A stretch of DNA of 64,000 nucleotides, taken from IMG/VR virus record IMGVR_UViG_3300031867_000006, positions 64,001 through 128,000 of that record. One strand, given 5' to 3'. The notes beneath the pieces are model-generated. The model was given only the letters and a program-made list of their open reading frames with translations. It was not told the origin of the DNA and did not search any database. Positions 18,487 to 28,252 of the stretch are shown here, piece after piece. A program made the translations under genes and the position numbers. Every line of letters begins with the position of its first letter. Positions within the stretch are counted from its first letter, which is position 1. Origin of the DNA: a virus. Lineage: Duplodnaviria > Caudoviricetes.

Positions 18487-19077
18487 CTACTTTGCTTCAG
18501 TAAAGTTTAATCCTTTAAAAGTCTTAACTGGATTGCCTCTCTCGATATTATTATGCTTGCTCCACGCATCATTCTTCTGTTTAGCTTTAGCAGATCTTTC
18601 TTTCTCTGATAATATCGCATTGAGCTTCTTAATACACTCTTGCTTATTGGCATACTGGCTACGCTGAGAGGTAGATTGAGTAGTTATTCCTGTCGGAATA
18701 TGTATTACTCTAACTCCAGTTTCAACTTTATTTACATTTTGCCCACCATGACCACCAGAATGGAACTTCTCTATTCTGATATCATTATCTTTGCAAATCT
18801 CTTCTACTTCATCTATTATACTTACATTGATAAACCAATTCTTACGTTTGTGACCTTTACGGATAGGACTTTCACATGTCCACTTAATACTACCAGCATA
18901 TTCAGATAAATCAAACTCAGTATAAAACATCACTGATGTTAAGCTATCATTAAATCTAGATTCATGCTTAGATAATATCTCTATATCAGGATATTTTATT
19001 TCGAAAAAAGAAAGGAGCTTGCTTACAGCAAGCTCACATTCTACAGGTCCCATTCCAGAACTAATCTGTATTATCAT
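18487..19077 (-). CDS. prfH: peptide chain release factor H-like ribosome rescue factor
   Basis: MIIQISSGMGPVECELAV N-terminus, HKRKNWF, SGGHGGQNVNKVETGVR (GGQ), RSQYANK. Confidence 0.88.
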   Translation of the reverse strand: MIIQISSGMGPVECELAVSKLLSFFEIKYPDIEILSKHESRFNDSLTSVMFYTEFDLSEYAGSIKWTCESPIRKGHKRKNWFINVSIIDEVEEICKDNDIRIEKFHSGGHGGQNVNKVETGVRVIHIPTGITTQSTSQRSQYANKQECIKKLNAILSEKERSAKAKQKNDAWSKHNNIERGNPVKTFKGLNFTEAK

Positions 19078-19549
19078 TCTGTTTCTCCTTAAATTTATCA
19101 ACCGCTCTTATTATCTCAAGGATTTTATCTCCAAAATGAGTTTTAAATAAAGTTCGCTGATAATTCATTGCAGTTGCGCCTAAGAAGGCTGTAGTTATTT
19201 CGTCAAGTTTCTCTAATTCATCTTTAGTCTTTACGTACTGTTTAATATCTCTCAAATCGCGTATTATGATTATGCTATCATCTAATATACGTCTATATAT
19301 AAGTACATCTGTTGTTGATCGATCAATATATTTCTCAGTAGAAAATTCTGTATTTTTAATAGCGTCTTCTTTATTATCATAAAATTTAGCGCGTGTTGTA
19401 AAGATATTATAAAGTGGCGCCATTCCAATTGAATCTAAACCAATCTTACATGCCTCATCAAAAGAATTAGCTTCATGCTTACCAAAATATATTGGTAATA
19501 CGCCAGCAATACCATCAGTGTATCCATTTACCCATACTTCAAAGATCAA
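19061..19549 (-). CDS. hypothetical protein
   Basis: ORF overlapping neighbours in operon. Confidence 0.65.
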   Translation of the reverse strand: MIFEVWVNGYTDGIAGVLPIYFGKHEANSFDEACKIGLDSIGMAPLYNIFTTRAKFYDNKEDAIKNTEFSTEKYIDRSTTDVLIYRRILDDSIIIIRDLRDIKQYVKTKDELEKLDEITTAFLGATAMNYQRTLFKTHFGDKILEIIRAVDKFKEKQNDNTD

Positions 19550-20085
19550 TTTTCATCACCCTTTCTCCATGTTACACTAGCACTACAATCAGGCTTTTGA
19601 GCCACATCAACACTAAGTATGCGATCACCAACCATTCTTACAGCCAATGCATCGTCAGGTAGTGGATGCTCACATTCACCTTTGAATTTGGGAAGATTAT
19701 TCTGATGATTTTTAATGTAGTTCTCATAACTCTCCATAGCTTTATTATATAATCTTGCAGAATAATACCTATGATTTCTGGTATACTGATATATTTCTTT
19801 AAAATATTTATATAAGCAAGCATTTGTTGTTGCTACATTAACGTTATCTATAGTAATATCATAATATACCGATACTTTTAATTTAGCATACCTAGTATCT
19901 TCATCATATCCAGTTATGCTACATATCTCACCCATGCGATAATTAATATCGCCTTTGAATCTCTTCTTGATGAATTTGACCAGCTTCTCTTTGGATGAAA
20001 ACCAATATATGCTTGGATTTTTAACTTCAGCCTTAAATAAAGGATCTGTATTATTAATCTTTAAATAATATCGCTTCTTTGCCAT
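19546..20085 (-). CDS. hypothetical protein
   Basis: ORF with GGAGG RBS. Confidence 0.7.
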   Translation of the reverse strand: MAKKRYYLKINNTDPLFKAEVKNPSIYWFSSKEKLVKFIKKRFKGDINYRMGEICSITGYDEDTRYAKLKVSVYYDITIDNVNVATTNACLYKYFKEIYQYTRNHRYYSARLYNKAMESYENYIKNHQNNLPKFKGECEHPLPDDALAVRMVGDRILSVDVAQKPDCSASVTWRKGDEN

Positions 20086-20087
20086 GT

Positions 20088-21176
20088 TTACCTCCCATTC
20101 TTAAAGCTATACACAGGTCTGCATATAGTAATTATATTGATTTTGCCTTCAAGGGCCGATTTAATAGATTCAATATCTCTATATACCATAGGTGCTTCAT
20201 CAAGAGTCTTACTACTTATAGTGCTAGAATAAACACCTTCCATAGCCTTCTTATACTGATTAACTGTAAAGTTATCCTTAACATCAGATCTAGCCATCAA
20301 TCTACCAGCTCCATGAGGCAGACTATAGTTCCATGATTTGTCCTCTATAGGTTGAGCTAATATAATACCATCTCTAGAGTTTATAGGAATAACCGCAAGC
20401 TTCCTAATATCCTCATTGAATACTGCAGAGATAGCACCTTTGCGACATACATAAAGACTAATATCATTATGTATTCTATCTTCATGAATAGAACCTTCCT
20501 TCCAGCCCATATTTTTGATTATAGTCTTTGCTATATTGTATCTATTAGTCATAGCATACTCGCAAGCTAAGTTTACATCAGCAAAGTAATCATTAGCCTG
20601 CACACGCGTCAGATAAGCCAATTCTATAGGTAAATCCGGACAATTCTCCTTCGCCAGCTTAGTATAATAATTATATATAGACTGACCTAAATGGCGACTA
20701 CCAGTATGGATTGTTAAATAAATATCTCTAGCATCTGCATCAACTTCAATGAAGTGATTACCACCGCCTAAAGTACAGAATGCTTCTCTACATCTATCAA
20801 GATCTATATGATCTTTACATCTTAGATTATTTAATGTAGATTCTAATATGGGATCGTATTCATACTTCCTCTTAACAGCATTAATACAACGATCCCTGAT
20901 AATGGTATCAATTTTCTCCCAATTCATTGTCTTTGGTTTACAATTAATCTGTATACATAATACCCCGCAACCTATATCATTACCTATGACTGCTGGTATT
21001 ATATAATTCTCATCATAGCAACTTGCTGTAAATCCTATAGGAGCTACCTTTCCAGGATGACAATCTGGCATAAGTGCTATATAAGCATTCTTAAACATAG
21101 GTTGAGAAGCAAGCTGTTCCGCTTGCTTCATTGCATAATCTTCAATGTCTTTACAATAGTTGACAATTTCTGCCAT
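20088..21176 (-). CDS. rtcB: RtcB family RNA ligase
   Basis: MPDCHPG, GNDIGCG, TLGGGNHFIE, IHTGSR, HN, SLPHGAGR, DEAPMVY motifs. Confidence 0.93.
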   Translation of the reverse strand: MAEIVNYCKDIEDYAMKQAEQLASQPMFKNAYIALMPDCHPGKVAPIGFTASCYDENYIIPAVIGNDIGCGVLCIQINCKPKTMNWEKIDTIIRDRCINAVKRKYEYDPILESTLNNLRCKDHIDLDRCREAFCTLGGGNHFIEVDADARDIYLTIHTGSRHLGQSIYNYYTKLAKENCPDLPIELAYLTRVQANDYFADVNLACEYAMTNRYNIAKTIIKNMGWKEGSIHEDRIHNDISLYVCRKGAISAVFNEDIRKLAVIPINSRDGIILAQPIEDKSWNYSLPHGAGRLMARSDVKDNFTVNQYKKAMEGVYSSTISSKTLDEAPMVYRDIESIKSALEGKINIITICRPVYSFKNGR

Positions 21177-21403
21177 TATTTTCTCCTCCAATCATAGTCC
21201 TTGATATGTGTCAGTTTCCCGCCACATTCATTGCAATAGTTCATATTCTGTTTAATGTAGACTATCTTACACTGATCGCATACAGACAAATCATACTCAA
21301 CGTATATAGAAGTCCATATAATATAACTAATGAAGTAGCCTAGCATTACAGCGCTAAATATTATTTTAAGTATGTCTCCTCCGGAAATTTCATATTTATA
21401 CAT
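21176..21403 (-). CDS. small membrane protein with zinc ribbon
   Basis: TM segment plus CDQC/CNECG. Confidence 0.6.
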   Translation of the reverse strand: MYKYEISGGDILKIIFSAVMLGYFISYIIWTSIYVEYDLSVCDQCKIVYIKQNMNYCNECGGKLTHIKDYDWRRK

Positions 21404-21405
21404 GA

Positions 21406-21720
21406 CTAAAACTCCTGTAAGGCTATATAATCATATTCAGCCTTCTTTATACAATCTCTCAATTCATTGAATAAACCACAATAGTTATCATTCATGAATT
21501 CTATTAACGAATCCTTATGATATACGCATGAATCAAAAGTACTTACTTCACAATCGCTATTCTCTGGTACAAATAGATGCTTACAGCGATTCTTAAGTTT
21601 ATACCAATCATTCATCTTTTCGCAAGTTAGATTGATATAATCTAAGTGTTCCCATTTAGTATTTGGATTAACTTGCAAATCTGGAAATTCAACTGTTAAT
21701 ACCTTAAGGTCTCGACTCAT
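21406..21720 (-). CDS. hypothetical protein
   Basis: ATG at 21720 with GGAGG RBS. Confidence 0.65.
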   Translation of the reverse strand: MSRDLKVLTVEFPDLQVNPNTKWEHLDYINLTCEKMNDWYKLKNRCKHLFVPENSDCEVSTFDSCVYHKDSLIEFMNDNYCGLFNELRDCIKKAEYDYIALQEF

Positions 21721-21863
21721 TATCTGCCTCCTGAAATGCTGTGACCGCAACCTTTGATGCGTTTTGTATTACCATTCTTGCGATCTGTATTAACCTTACC
21801 ACCTCCAAACTTAGAAGACTGCTTAAGCATATTGCTCTTTCTAGAACTCTTGGTCTTACTCAT
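21720..21863 (-). CDS. small basic protein (47 aa)
   Basis: MSKTKSSRKSNMLKQSSKFGGGK...; GGAGG RBS; fills operon gap. Confidence 0.55.
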   Translation of the reverse strand: MSKTKSSRKSNMLKQSSKFGGGKVNTDRKNGNTKRIKGCGHSISGGR

Positions 21864-21864
21864 T

Positions 21865-22362
21865 TTATTTACCCTCCTTTGTTGGTAATGCTATAACTTT
21901 ATCTGGATAGTATTGGGATTTGATAGACATAGCCCATTCATCCAGATTTATAATATACTTAAAATCATAATTAGCATTGAATGCACTGTTGTTATCCAGC
22001 ACTTTCAATCTTCCTGTTTGAAGCATGCTTTCAAATACATTCATGCCTGAGAAATCATTTATAAAGCATCTATTATCCAGCTCAGGATACATAACTAAGA
22101 ACTTCTTGTGTCCCTCGGGATCGGTCCATGTCTTTTCATCGAAATTATAATAATCATGCAATCCAGCAAGCTTAACCATCTCTACGTAATCATTTAGAGT
22201 GGCATATTCCATATCAAGGAACATCCTCTTTATCTTATTCTTCTCATTCGAGTTGAAAAACTTATTAAGCTGGTATAAATACATATCCGCATTGTACTTA
22301 TATTTAGTGCAGAACTTAGACTTATCATTTATAACAACTTTAATTATACCTGTATAATTCAA
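21865..22362 (-). CDS. hypothetical protein
   Basis: ORF with AGGAGG RBS, early motif at 22440. Confidence 0.7.
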   Translation of the reverse strand: MNYTGIIKVVINDKSKFCTKYKYNADMYLYQLNKFFNSNEKNKIKRMFLDMEYATLNDYVEMVKLAGLHDYYNFDEKTWTDPEGHKKFLVMYPELDNRCFINDFSGMNVFESMLQTGRLKVLDNNSAFNANYDFKYIINLDEWAMSIKSQYYPDKVIALPTKEGK

Positions 22363-22522
22363 ATTAGATCACCTCCTAAATTAATTCTATGTAATATCGT
22401 ATTTATAAAGTTACCTGGCCAGGTAACCCCACACGTTACTATAATATGCAATTGTAAGCAATGTTAATAAAGCAAATAACATATGTAAATTTTAAATTGC
22501 GAAACTATAAATTAATATAAGG

Positions 22523-22936
22523 ATGGAGGTGTATATAATGGAAGCACATCTTTTATCTCTAAATAACTTTAATATGCCAAGGGTATTAGATAAGTCTAAT
22601 GCTAACTATATGCATATAGTTTATCTATTACTTTTAGATAAAGGCACTTTTCAATCTCATCCTAATATGGGTGTTGGTCTAAGATCAGAATACCGATATA
22701 ATAATGATGAGAATATGCTTGATCAATTACGTGAAGAGATTAGAGAGCAGATTACTACTTATTTGCCCCAAGTCGAATACGTAATGAACGTTACGGTAGG
22801 CTTCGCTGGACCAGATCATGTTCTTGGTATAGTCATCGAAGTCTCTGATGGAGCCTATGTTATATCATACGACCAAGAAAATGACGATATAAACGTAGGT
22901 AGTTCTTCTGTATTAAGTGATCTGATATCTAACTAA
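22523..22936 (+). CDS. baseplate wedge protein (gp25/GPW-like)
   Basis: LLLLDKGTFQSHPNMGVGL...IREQITTYLP pattern; late promoter at 22503-22514. Confidence 0.6.
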   Translation: MEVYIMEAHLLSLNNFNMPRVLDKSNANYMHIVYLLLLDKGTFQSHPNMGVGLRSEYRYNNDENMLDQLREEIREQITTYLPQVEYVMNVTVGFAGPDHVLGIVIEVSDGAYVISYDQENDDINVGSSSVLSDLISN

Positions 22937-22952
22937 AGGAGGATAATAAAAA

Positions 22953-24653
22953 ATGAGTAAAAAGATTACATTGGATGAGTTGGCAAGAAATAATAACGCT
23001 AAGGCTACCATCACAACTCCTAAGCCTGTTACAATGGGTACATCTAATAAAGCCAATATGAAGGTTGGTGATGTTAATGTATTAGGAGCTGAGCTTCAGA
23101 AAGCACACCCTGAGGCTGCAGCAGCGAAGGCAGAAGAGCAGGAGATTAAGAATCCTGAGATTGTTGATGATGCATTTGCTTCTCTTACAGATACCATTAA
23201 TAAGAAAAAGAAGATGGCTGATGAAATGATGAGTAAAGCGCAGGAAGTTGCTGAAGAGAATGAGAATAATGCAGAACTCCAGGCTGAGTTTGGTGAACTC
23301 GCTGGAGTAGAAAACGATGAAGTCGAGACTGAGAATGATGATCCTATTGATGTGATCGAACCGGAAGAAGAGAAGACTCCGGATGAGCTTATCGATGATA
23401 TTGATAAGGATCTTGCTGAGCTTGGTGGTGAAGATGACGATGATGAGGTAGAAGCACCTGCGACTGTTGTTAATATGAGCAACCAGCCTGATCCTGTTAA
23501 GTCTGTTACTAAGAATATTAAGAATGAGCCTAAGCAGCCGGTGAATGACGAAGAGTTCGCTAAAGAGCTTGAAGATATTGATGATCTTCTTAGCGAGGTA
23601 GAGATTTCTGATCTCGAAGAAGATGATGATGAGAGAATGGCTAGGATTAAGAGCAGCATTGGTGAGAAGGTTCATGCTTCTGATAATCTTATTGATTTCT
23701 CTCAGTATACTATCCAGAGTGAGCCTGTATCTATGTCTGCGATTCTTAACAGCACTAAGATGTCTAGAGATAAAAAATATGCAGATTGGCCCCTGTATTA
23801 CACTGGCAGAACCATTAGGATGGAAGAGTGCGATGGTATTGAATTGGATACGCTTCAGTCTACCATCAATAGATCTAATTCTATGAACAGAGTTATCGCT
23901 ACTCTTAAGTTTGCATATAACCATAATGTGGACGCTAATAAGCCTCCATTCGAAGCATGGTGCCAGTCCATCCGTACAGAGGACTTTGATTCATTGTATT
24001 TCGGACTCTTTATGGCTACATATTCTGACTCTTGTCTGTTAGCTGTAACAGATGAGGAGGGCGATGGTGCTTGCGGAAAGCCTGCTGTATATGATGTAGA
24101 TCCTATGAATATGGTATCTTTCAAGGATGATGATGTTAAGAAAGCTTTCTATGAGCTTATGAATACTGATACTACTACCAGCAGCAAGCTTCAGGAGTCT
24201 ATCCCTCTTCAGATTAGTGATGACTTTGTTATCACATATAAGCATGCTAGCTTATACAGCACATTCGTACAATATGCTACCATCAAAGAGGAGATTATGA
24301 ATAAGTATGGAGATATGCTTAATACCATGGCTTATGTAGATCAGTTCTTTAAGATCGATAGAGAGAATAAGAAGCTTGTTCCTCTTAAGATTAAGAGCTA
24401 TCCTAATGATCTTAATAAGACAGTGCTTACTAAGCTTAAAGCATATAACCAGATACTTAAGACCCTCAACGCAGATCAGTACAATATGCTTAATGGCAAG
24501 CTCAATAATATCATTAAGGAGCCTGAGGTTACTTACCAGTATCCGGAACTGAAGTGTTCTGAATGTGGTCATACTATCCCGAGTAAACCTCTGGATTCTG
24601 TAGTAAACTTGCTTTTTACACGAGCTCAGTTGGCCCAAATCAAGAATTCATAA
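22953..24653 (+). CDS. probable baseplate/tail assembly protein (acidic N-terminus, C-terminal CxxC)
   Basis: 566 aa, downstream of gp25-like gene; CSECG near C-terminus. Confidence 0.45.
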   Translation: MSKKITLDELARNNNAKATITTPKPVTMGTSNKANMKVGDVNVLGAELQKAHPEAAAAKAEEQEIKNPEIVDDAFASLTDTINKKKKMADEMMSKAQEVAEENENNAELQAEFGELAGVENDEVETENDDPIDVIEPEEEKTPDELIDDIDKDLAELGGEDDDDEVEAPATVVNMSNQPDPVKSVTKNIKNEPKQPVNDEEFAKELEDIDDLLSEVEISDLEEDDDERMARIKSSIGEKVHASDNLIDFSQYTIQSEPVSMSAILNSTKMSRDKKYADWPLYYTGRTIRMEECDGIELDTLQSTINRSNSMNRVIATLKFAYNHNVDANKPPFEAWCQSIRTEDFDSLYFGLFMATYSDSCLLAVTDEEGDGACGKPAVYDVDPMNMVSFKDDDVKKAFYELMNTDTTTSSKLQESIPLQISDDFVITYKHASLYSTFVQYATIKEEIMNKYGDMLNTMAYVDQFFKIDRENKKLVPLKIKSYPNDLNKTVLTKLKAYNQILKTLNADQYNMLNGKLNNIIKEPEVTYQYPELKCSECGHTIPSKPLDSVVNLLFTRAQLAQIKNS

Positions 24654-24706
24654 AGAAGGTTGAATCTTTATGTACATTCTATAGAGGTAGAACAACATTT
24701 GGAGAA

Positions 24707-24841
24707 ATGATGCATCTACCTCTAAGTTATATGAATGTGCTCTATAGAATAGCTGAGGAACGTGTTAAGACCAAAGAGGGCCAAGAACAACAAGAAGGCG
24801 AAGTATTAGAGGATGAATTGGAGGCTGCGATATATGAATAA
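24707..24841 (+). CDS. small ORF, possibly a -1 frameshift extension of the upstream gene
   Basis: -1 frame open 24587-24841; MMHLPLSYMNVLYRIAEE. Confidence 0.5.
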   Translation: MMHLPLSYMNVLYRIAEERVKTKEGQEQQEGEVLEDELEAAIYE

Positions 24842-25139
24842 TATAGAATTCGCAAAAGAAATTCCAGCGGCACAGTTAGCTGATATATTCAAAAGCTATT
24901 TTGAACAGCATATGATTGCCTATGGAATACTAAGGGATGTGGAATTCGTATCGCTAAATGATATAAGTATGGATAAGGCTTCCATCACATACTCAGTGAA
25001 ATTGCTTGATGCGGAGAATAAGGAAAGATTGCTGAATACATTGCAATCTAATTCTGCTAATATAATTATGTATGGCAAATCCTATACTCCTAACGTATTT
25101 TTGAATGGCGATCTACTATGTATTACTATAAATAAGTAA
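24834..25139 (+). CDS. hypothetical protein
   Basis: GGAGG before ATG at 24834; terminator hairpin follows. Confidence 0.7.
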   Translation: MNNIEFAKEIPAAQLADIFKSYFEQHMIAYGILRDVEFVSLNDISMDKASITYSVKLLDAENKERLLNTLQSNSANIIMYGKSYTPNVFLNGDLLCITINK

Positions 25140-25174
25140 AAAATAATGGGGTGCTAATAAAGCACCCCGCTATT

Positions 25175-26104
25175 TTATTGCGATGATAAGAGCATGTTAT
25201 TCTGCATAGTTTCAACATCCCACTCTATAATATCTATTCTATGCTTAGTAGTGATTTTACCACCCTCATAGAGCTTTGAGCTGATTCTGGTGAATTTATT
25301 TAGTGCATCCTCATAGGACTTTGCTATAAAGCTCTCTGAGCCATAACCTGTGAGTGAAAATCTTAACTCATATAAAGTGTCTTCTAGATCTTCTATCTTG
25401 CATTTATATAAATATAATTTGCTTGACCTTATCTTTATATAAGTCATGAGTTCGTATATCTTGTTATTAGCCATCTCGAACTGATCGAAGATAACTTGTT
25501 CTACATAATAACCCAGAGAGTCCTCAGACTCCTTATGGTAATGCATGGCAACAAGATTTACTTGTCTAGAGCAGCATACCTTAATCACACTTGTTAAGGC
25601 GCAACTTAACCCAGTTACATACACTCTTATCGCTTTTGTGGCTTTTCCATTCATGAATATTATGTTTTCTTCAATGAACTTATTAACCACTGTTTCGAGA
25701 TAATCAAATTGGTTAATCTGATCATCTGCAATGTTGTTGAATATATATTTACCAACAGGTATCTTATGCCTCTTGGCGACTAGACCGCATTCTACAAATA
25801 AGTTATTATTATTTGCTTCTATATCATTAATCAGATTATTTAGTTCTTCATCTGGGATAAACGCTATACTATAATCATAGCCTGCGTCAATAATTTTATT
25901 TATAGATGATGTAGATTCATCCTCTAAGAGATTATTAACTTGGAGTGGGACTAGATTTTTATCATCGCATATTTCATCTAGCGATTTACCGTTATCTATA
26001 TCTTGTTTAATAGACTCCATCTCTTTCTTGTCTGTAAGAAGTCTATACTGCCCCTTTATATTAAGTCTCTTCCTTTTCATTTCACACACCTTTCTGCGAT
26101 CCAC
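25175..26104 (-). CDS. hypothetical protein
   Basis: 309-aa ORF, early motif at 26154. Confidence 0.7.
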   Translation of the reverse strand: MDRRKVCEMKRKRLNIKGQYRLLTDKKEMESIKQDIDNGKSLDEICDDKNLVPLQVNNLLEDESTSSINKIIDAGYDYSIAFIPDEELNNLINDIEANNNNLFVECGLVAKRHKIPVGKYIFNNIADDQINQFDYLETVVNKFIEENIIFMNGKATKAIRVYVTGLSCALTSVIKVCCSRQVNLVAMHYHKESEDSLGYYVEQVIFDQFEMANNKIYELMTYIKIRSSKLYLYKCKIEDLEDTLYELRFSLTGYGSESFIAKSYEDALNKFTRISSKLYEGGKITTKHRIDIIEWDVETMQNNMLLSSQ

Positions 26105-26218
26105 ACATTCGCTAGTTGGTTATGTAAAACACGGTCTCATATATATCTACATATATAATATGCAATCGAAATATTTTACCGAAACAATAAATTAATAATC
26201 ACCCAAGGAGGTTATAAG

Positions 26219-27474
26219 ATGGCTAATAAACGATTTAATATAAGCCAATTGGATCAGAAAAGGTTCATTAAAGTTAATGATAGCACATTAGAAGTTACTA
26301 ATCCTGCCATGTTTAACGCTACGAATGGACCAACGCCAGATGGCTTATTAAGTAATACAATATTTGGTATCACCAAAGCTGAGCGTTCTGGTATATATGG
26401 ATATATAGATCTTAAGGAGAAGTTTATCAATCCTTACTTCTATAAGATATGGCTTAAAATAGATAATAAAGTACGTGGATTAATCTATGAAACAGAAACC
26501 TTCTCTATAGATAAGCATGGCTATCTTGTTCAAGATGATAATGGTCAGACCGGTATAAAGTTTATCGAAAAGAATATTCAGGACTTTAAGTTTAAAGATA
26601 CAAAGCAGAAGCACTTTGTGGAAGCTCTCATGAAGGGCGCTAAAGATGGCTTATTCTTTACAGATAAGCTTATTATTATCCCTCCATTCTATAGAGATGT
26701 AGATACATCTGGAGGTGGTCGTATAGGTGTTGGTGAAGTTAATAAGCTATATATTAACGTTCTTAATAAGGTTAAAGCATTGCAAGATGCTAGCGATTAT
26801 GGATTCGATATCAAGGGTGGTATCAGAGGACAAATCCAGGATATTCTATTAGAGTTATATAACTGGTTTACTCTTGGTGAGACTACTATAGGTGGTGAGC
26901 ATACTGGCTCTGGCATATTTAAGAAATTTGGTAGTATGCGAAGATCTGTAATGGCTAAGACTGCAGATTATAGTAATAGATTAGTACTCTCTGCAGCGGA
27001 TACTAATGTAAATAGCAAAGAAGAACTAATGGTAGATTTAGACTATTCTGCTATACCATTAGCATCTGCTTTATCTGTTGCATATCCATTTGTGGTTTAT
27101 AATCTAAGACAGTGGTTTAATAATGAGTTTGGTGGAAAGACTCATTATGACTATATTGATAAAGATGGTAAACCTCAGCAGGTTGAATTAGATAATATCC
27201 TTATTGAATTCTCTGATGATAGAATCGATAAGGAGATTAATGAGTTCATTCATGGATACTCTAATAGATTTAAACCTATAGAAGTGCCCAATAAGGAAGG
27301 TAAGAAGATTTATGTACGCTTTAAGGGTTATTCTATTACTAGAGAGGAATACGCTAAAGGCGTAAGAGAGAATGATACTCTTATAGACAGAGATATAACC
27401 TGGTGCGATTTATTTTATATAGCCGCGTGTGAAGCAACTAAAGATAAATATGCTATTATAACAAGATATCCCAT
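26219..27474 (+). CDS. phage multisubunit RNA polymerase beta' subunit, exon 1
   Basis: GLLSNTIFG..ER..YGYIDL, IIPPFYRD, KTADYSNRLVLS and TRYP motifs of beta'; late promoter AACA-N6-TA at 26183-26194. Confidence 0.88.
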
Positions 27475-27800
27475 AAGTATGAATTGTGGCATCACATTGG
27501 AAACAGTGTGTTGAAAAATCCATTGAATTGCTGGGAAAGGCTAAAGCTTAGATTCCTATAACGGTGAAGAAATTCAGAAACAATATCTAAGATTGATTAA
27601 TGATGAAATACAAGCCTATATTTAGGTTCTACAATCAATTAATGTCTAATCAGCATCCAGAAATACTGGTTCAACGACTAACCCTGGAATGGGTGTAGGG
27701 CTATTCAATAGTTCGAAGTGATGGAGACCTAAGTCTTATATAGATATGGTCGTGATATAGTCTAATCTTTATGTAACTCATAAAGCTGAATCTTATAATG
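27475..27800 (+). mobile_element. group I intron (326 nt, no homing endonuclease ORF)
   Basis: Exon ends in T, intron ends in G; P/Q/R/S-like elements AATTGCTGGGAA, AATCAGCATCC, GTTCAACGACTA, GATATAGTCT; splicing restores TRYP-I-DSYFNN in frame. Confidence 0.9.
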
Positions 27801-28197
27801 AGATTCATACTTCAATAATTTATATAGCAAGGTTCATATATCTTCTACAAATAAGACAGAGCCTGTTGTTATAGATGGCGAATTCTATCAGTGGTATCCA
27901 ATGATACGTCAGAATGATATTGGTGAGAATACATCTAATAGATTTGTAGATACTTGCAATATCTGCAATCTATACTGTAAAGGCATGGGTGCCGATTACG
28001 ATGGTGACACGATATCAGATAAGCTTATGTTTACCAATGAAGCTAATGCCGAGCTTGAGAAATATGTAAATTCCAACGCTCAGTTTATAGCCTTAAATGG
28101 TGTAAGCTTAAGATACCCTTCCATGGAGGCAGTCCAAGCTATATATAACCTTACACTTACATTAGATCAGAATCAATTAACAGATCCAAAGTTCTAA
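27801..28197 (+). CDS. phage RNA polymerase beta' subunit, exon 2 (catalytic motif)
   Basis: GADYDGD (NADFDGD equivalent); spliced product 550 aa. Confidence 0.9.
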
Positions 28198-28205
28198 TAT
28201 TAATA

Positions 28206-28240
28206 CCCTAGGCTTATAGCCTAGGGTTATTCTTTTATTT
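28206..28240 (+). terminator. CCTAGG-family intrinsic terminator
   Basis: CCCTAGGC-TTATA-GCCTAGGG followed by T-rich tract. Confidence 0.75.
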
Positions 28241-28252
28241 TAGCTTAATACT

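Noticed and set aside
23082-23924. Long antisense ORFs (also 36177-36785, 51702-52214, 62315-62812 and similar)
   Set aside because: Shadows of strongly biased sense genes, without RBS or recognisable motifs
27475-27514. C-terminal tail SMNCGITLETVC of the RNAP ORF, or a pseudogene/intein
   Set aside because: It is read-through into the group I intron; splicing gives an intact protein
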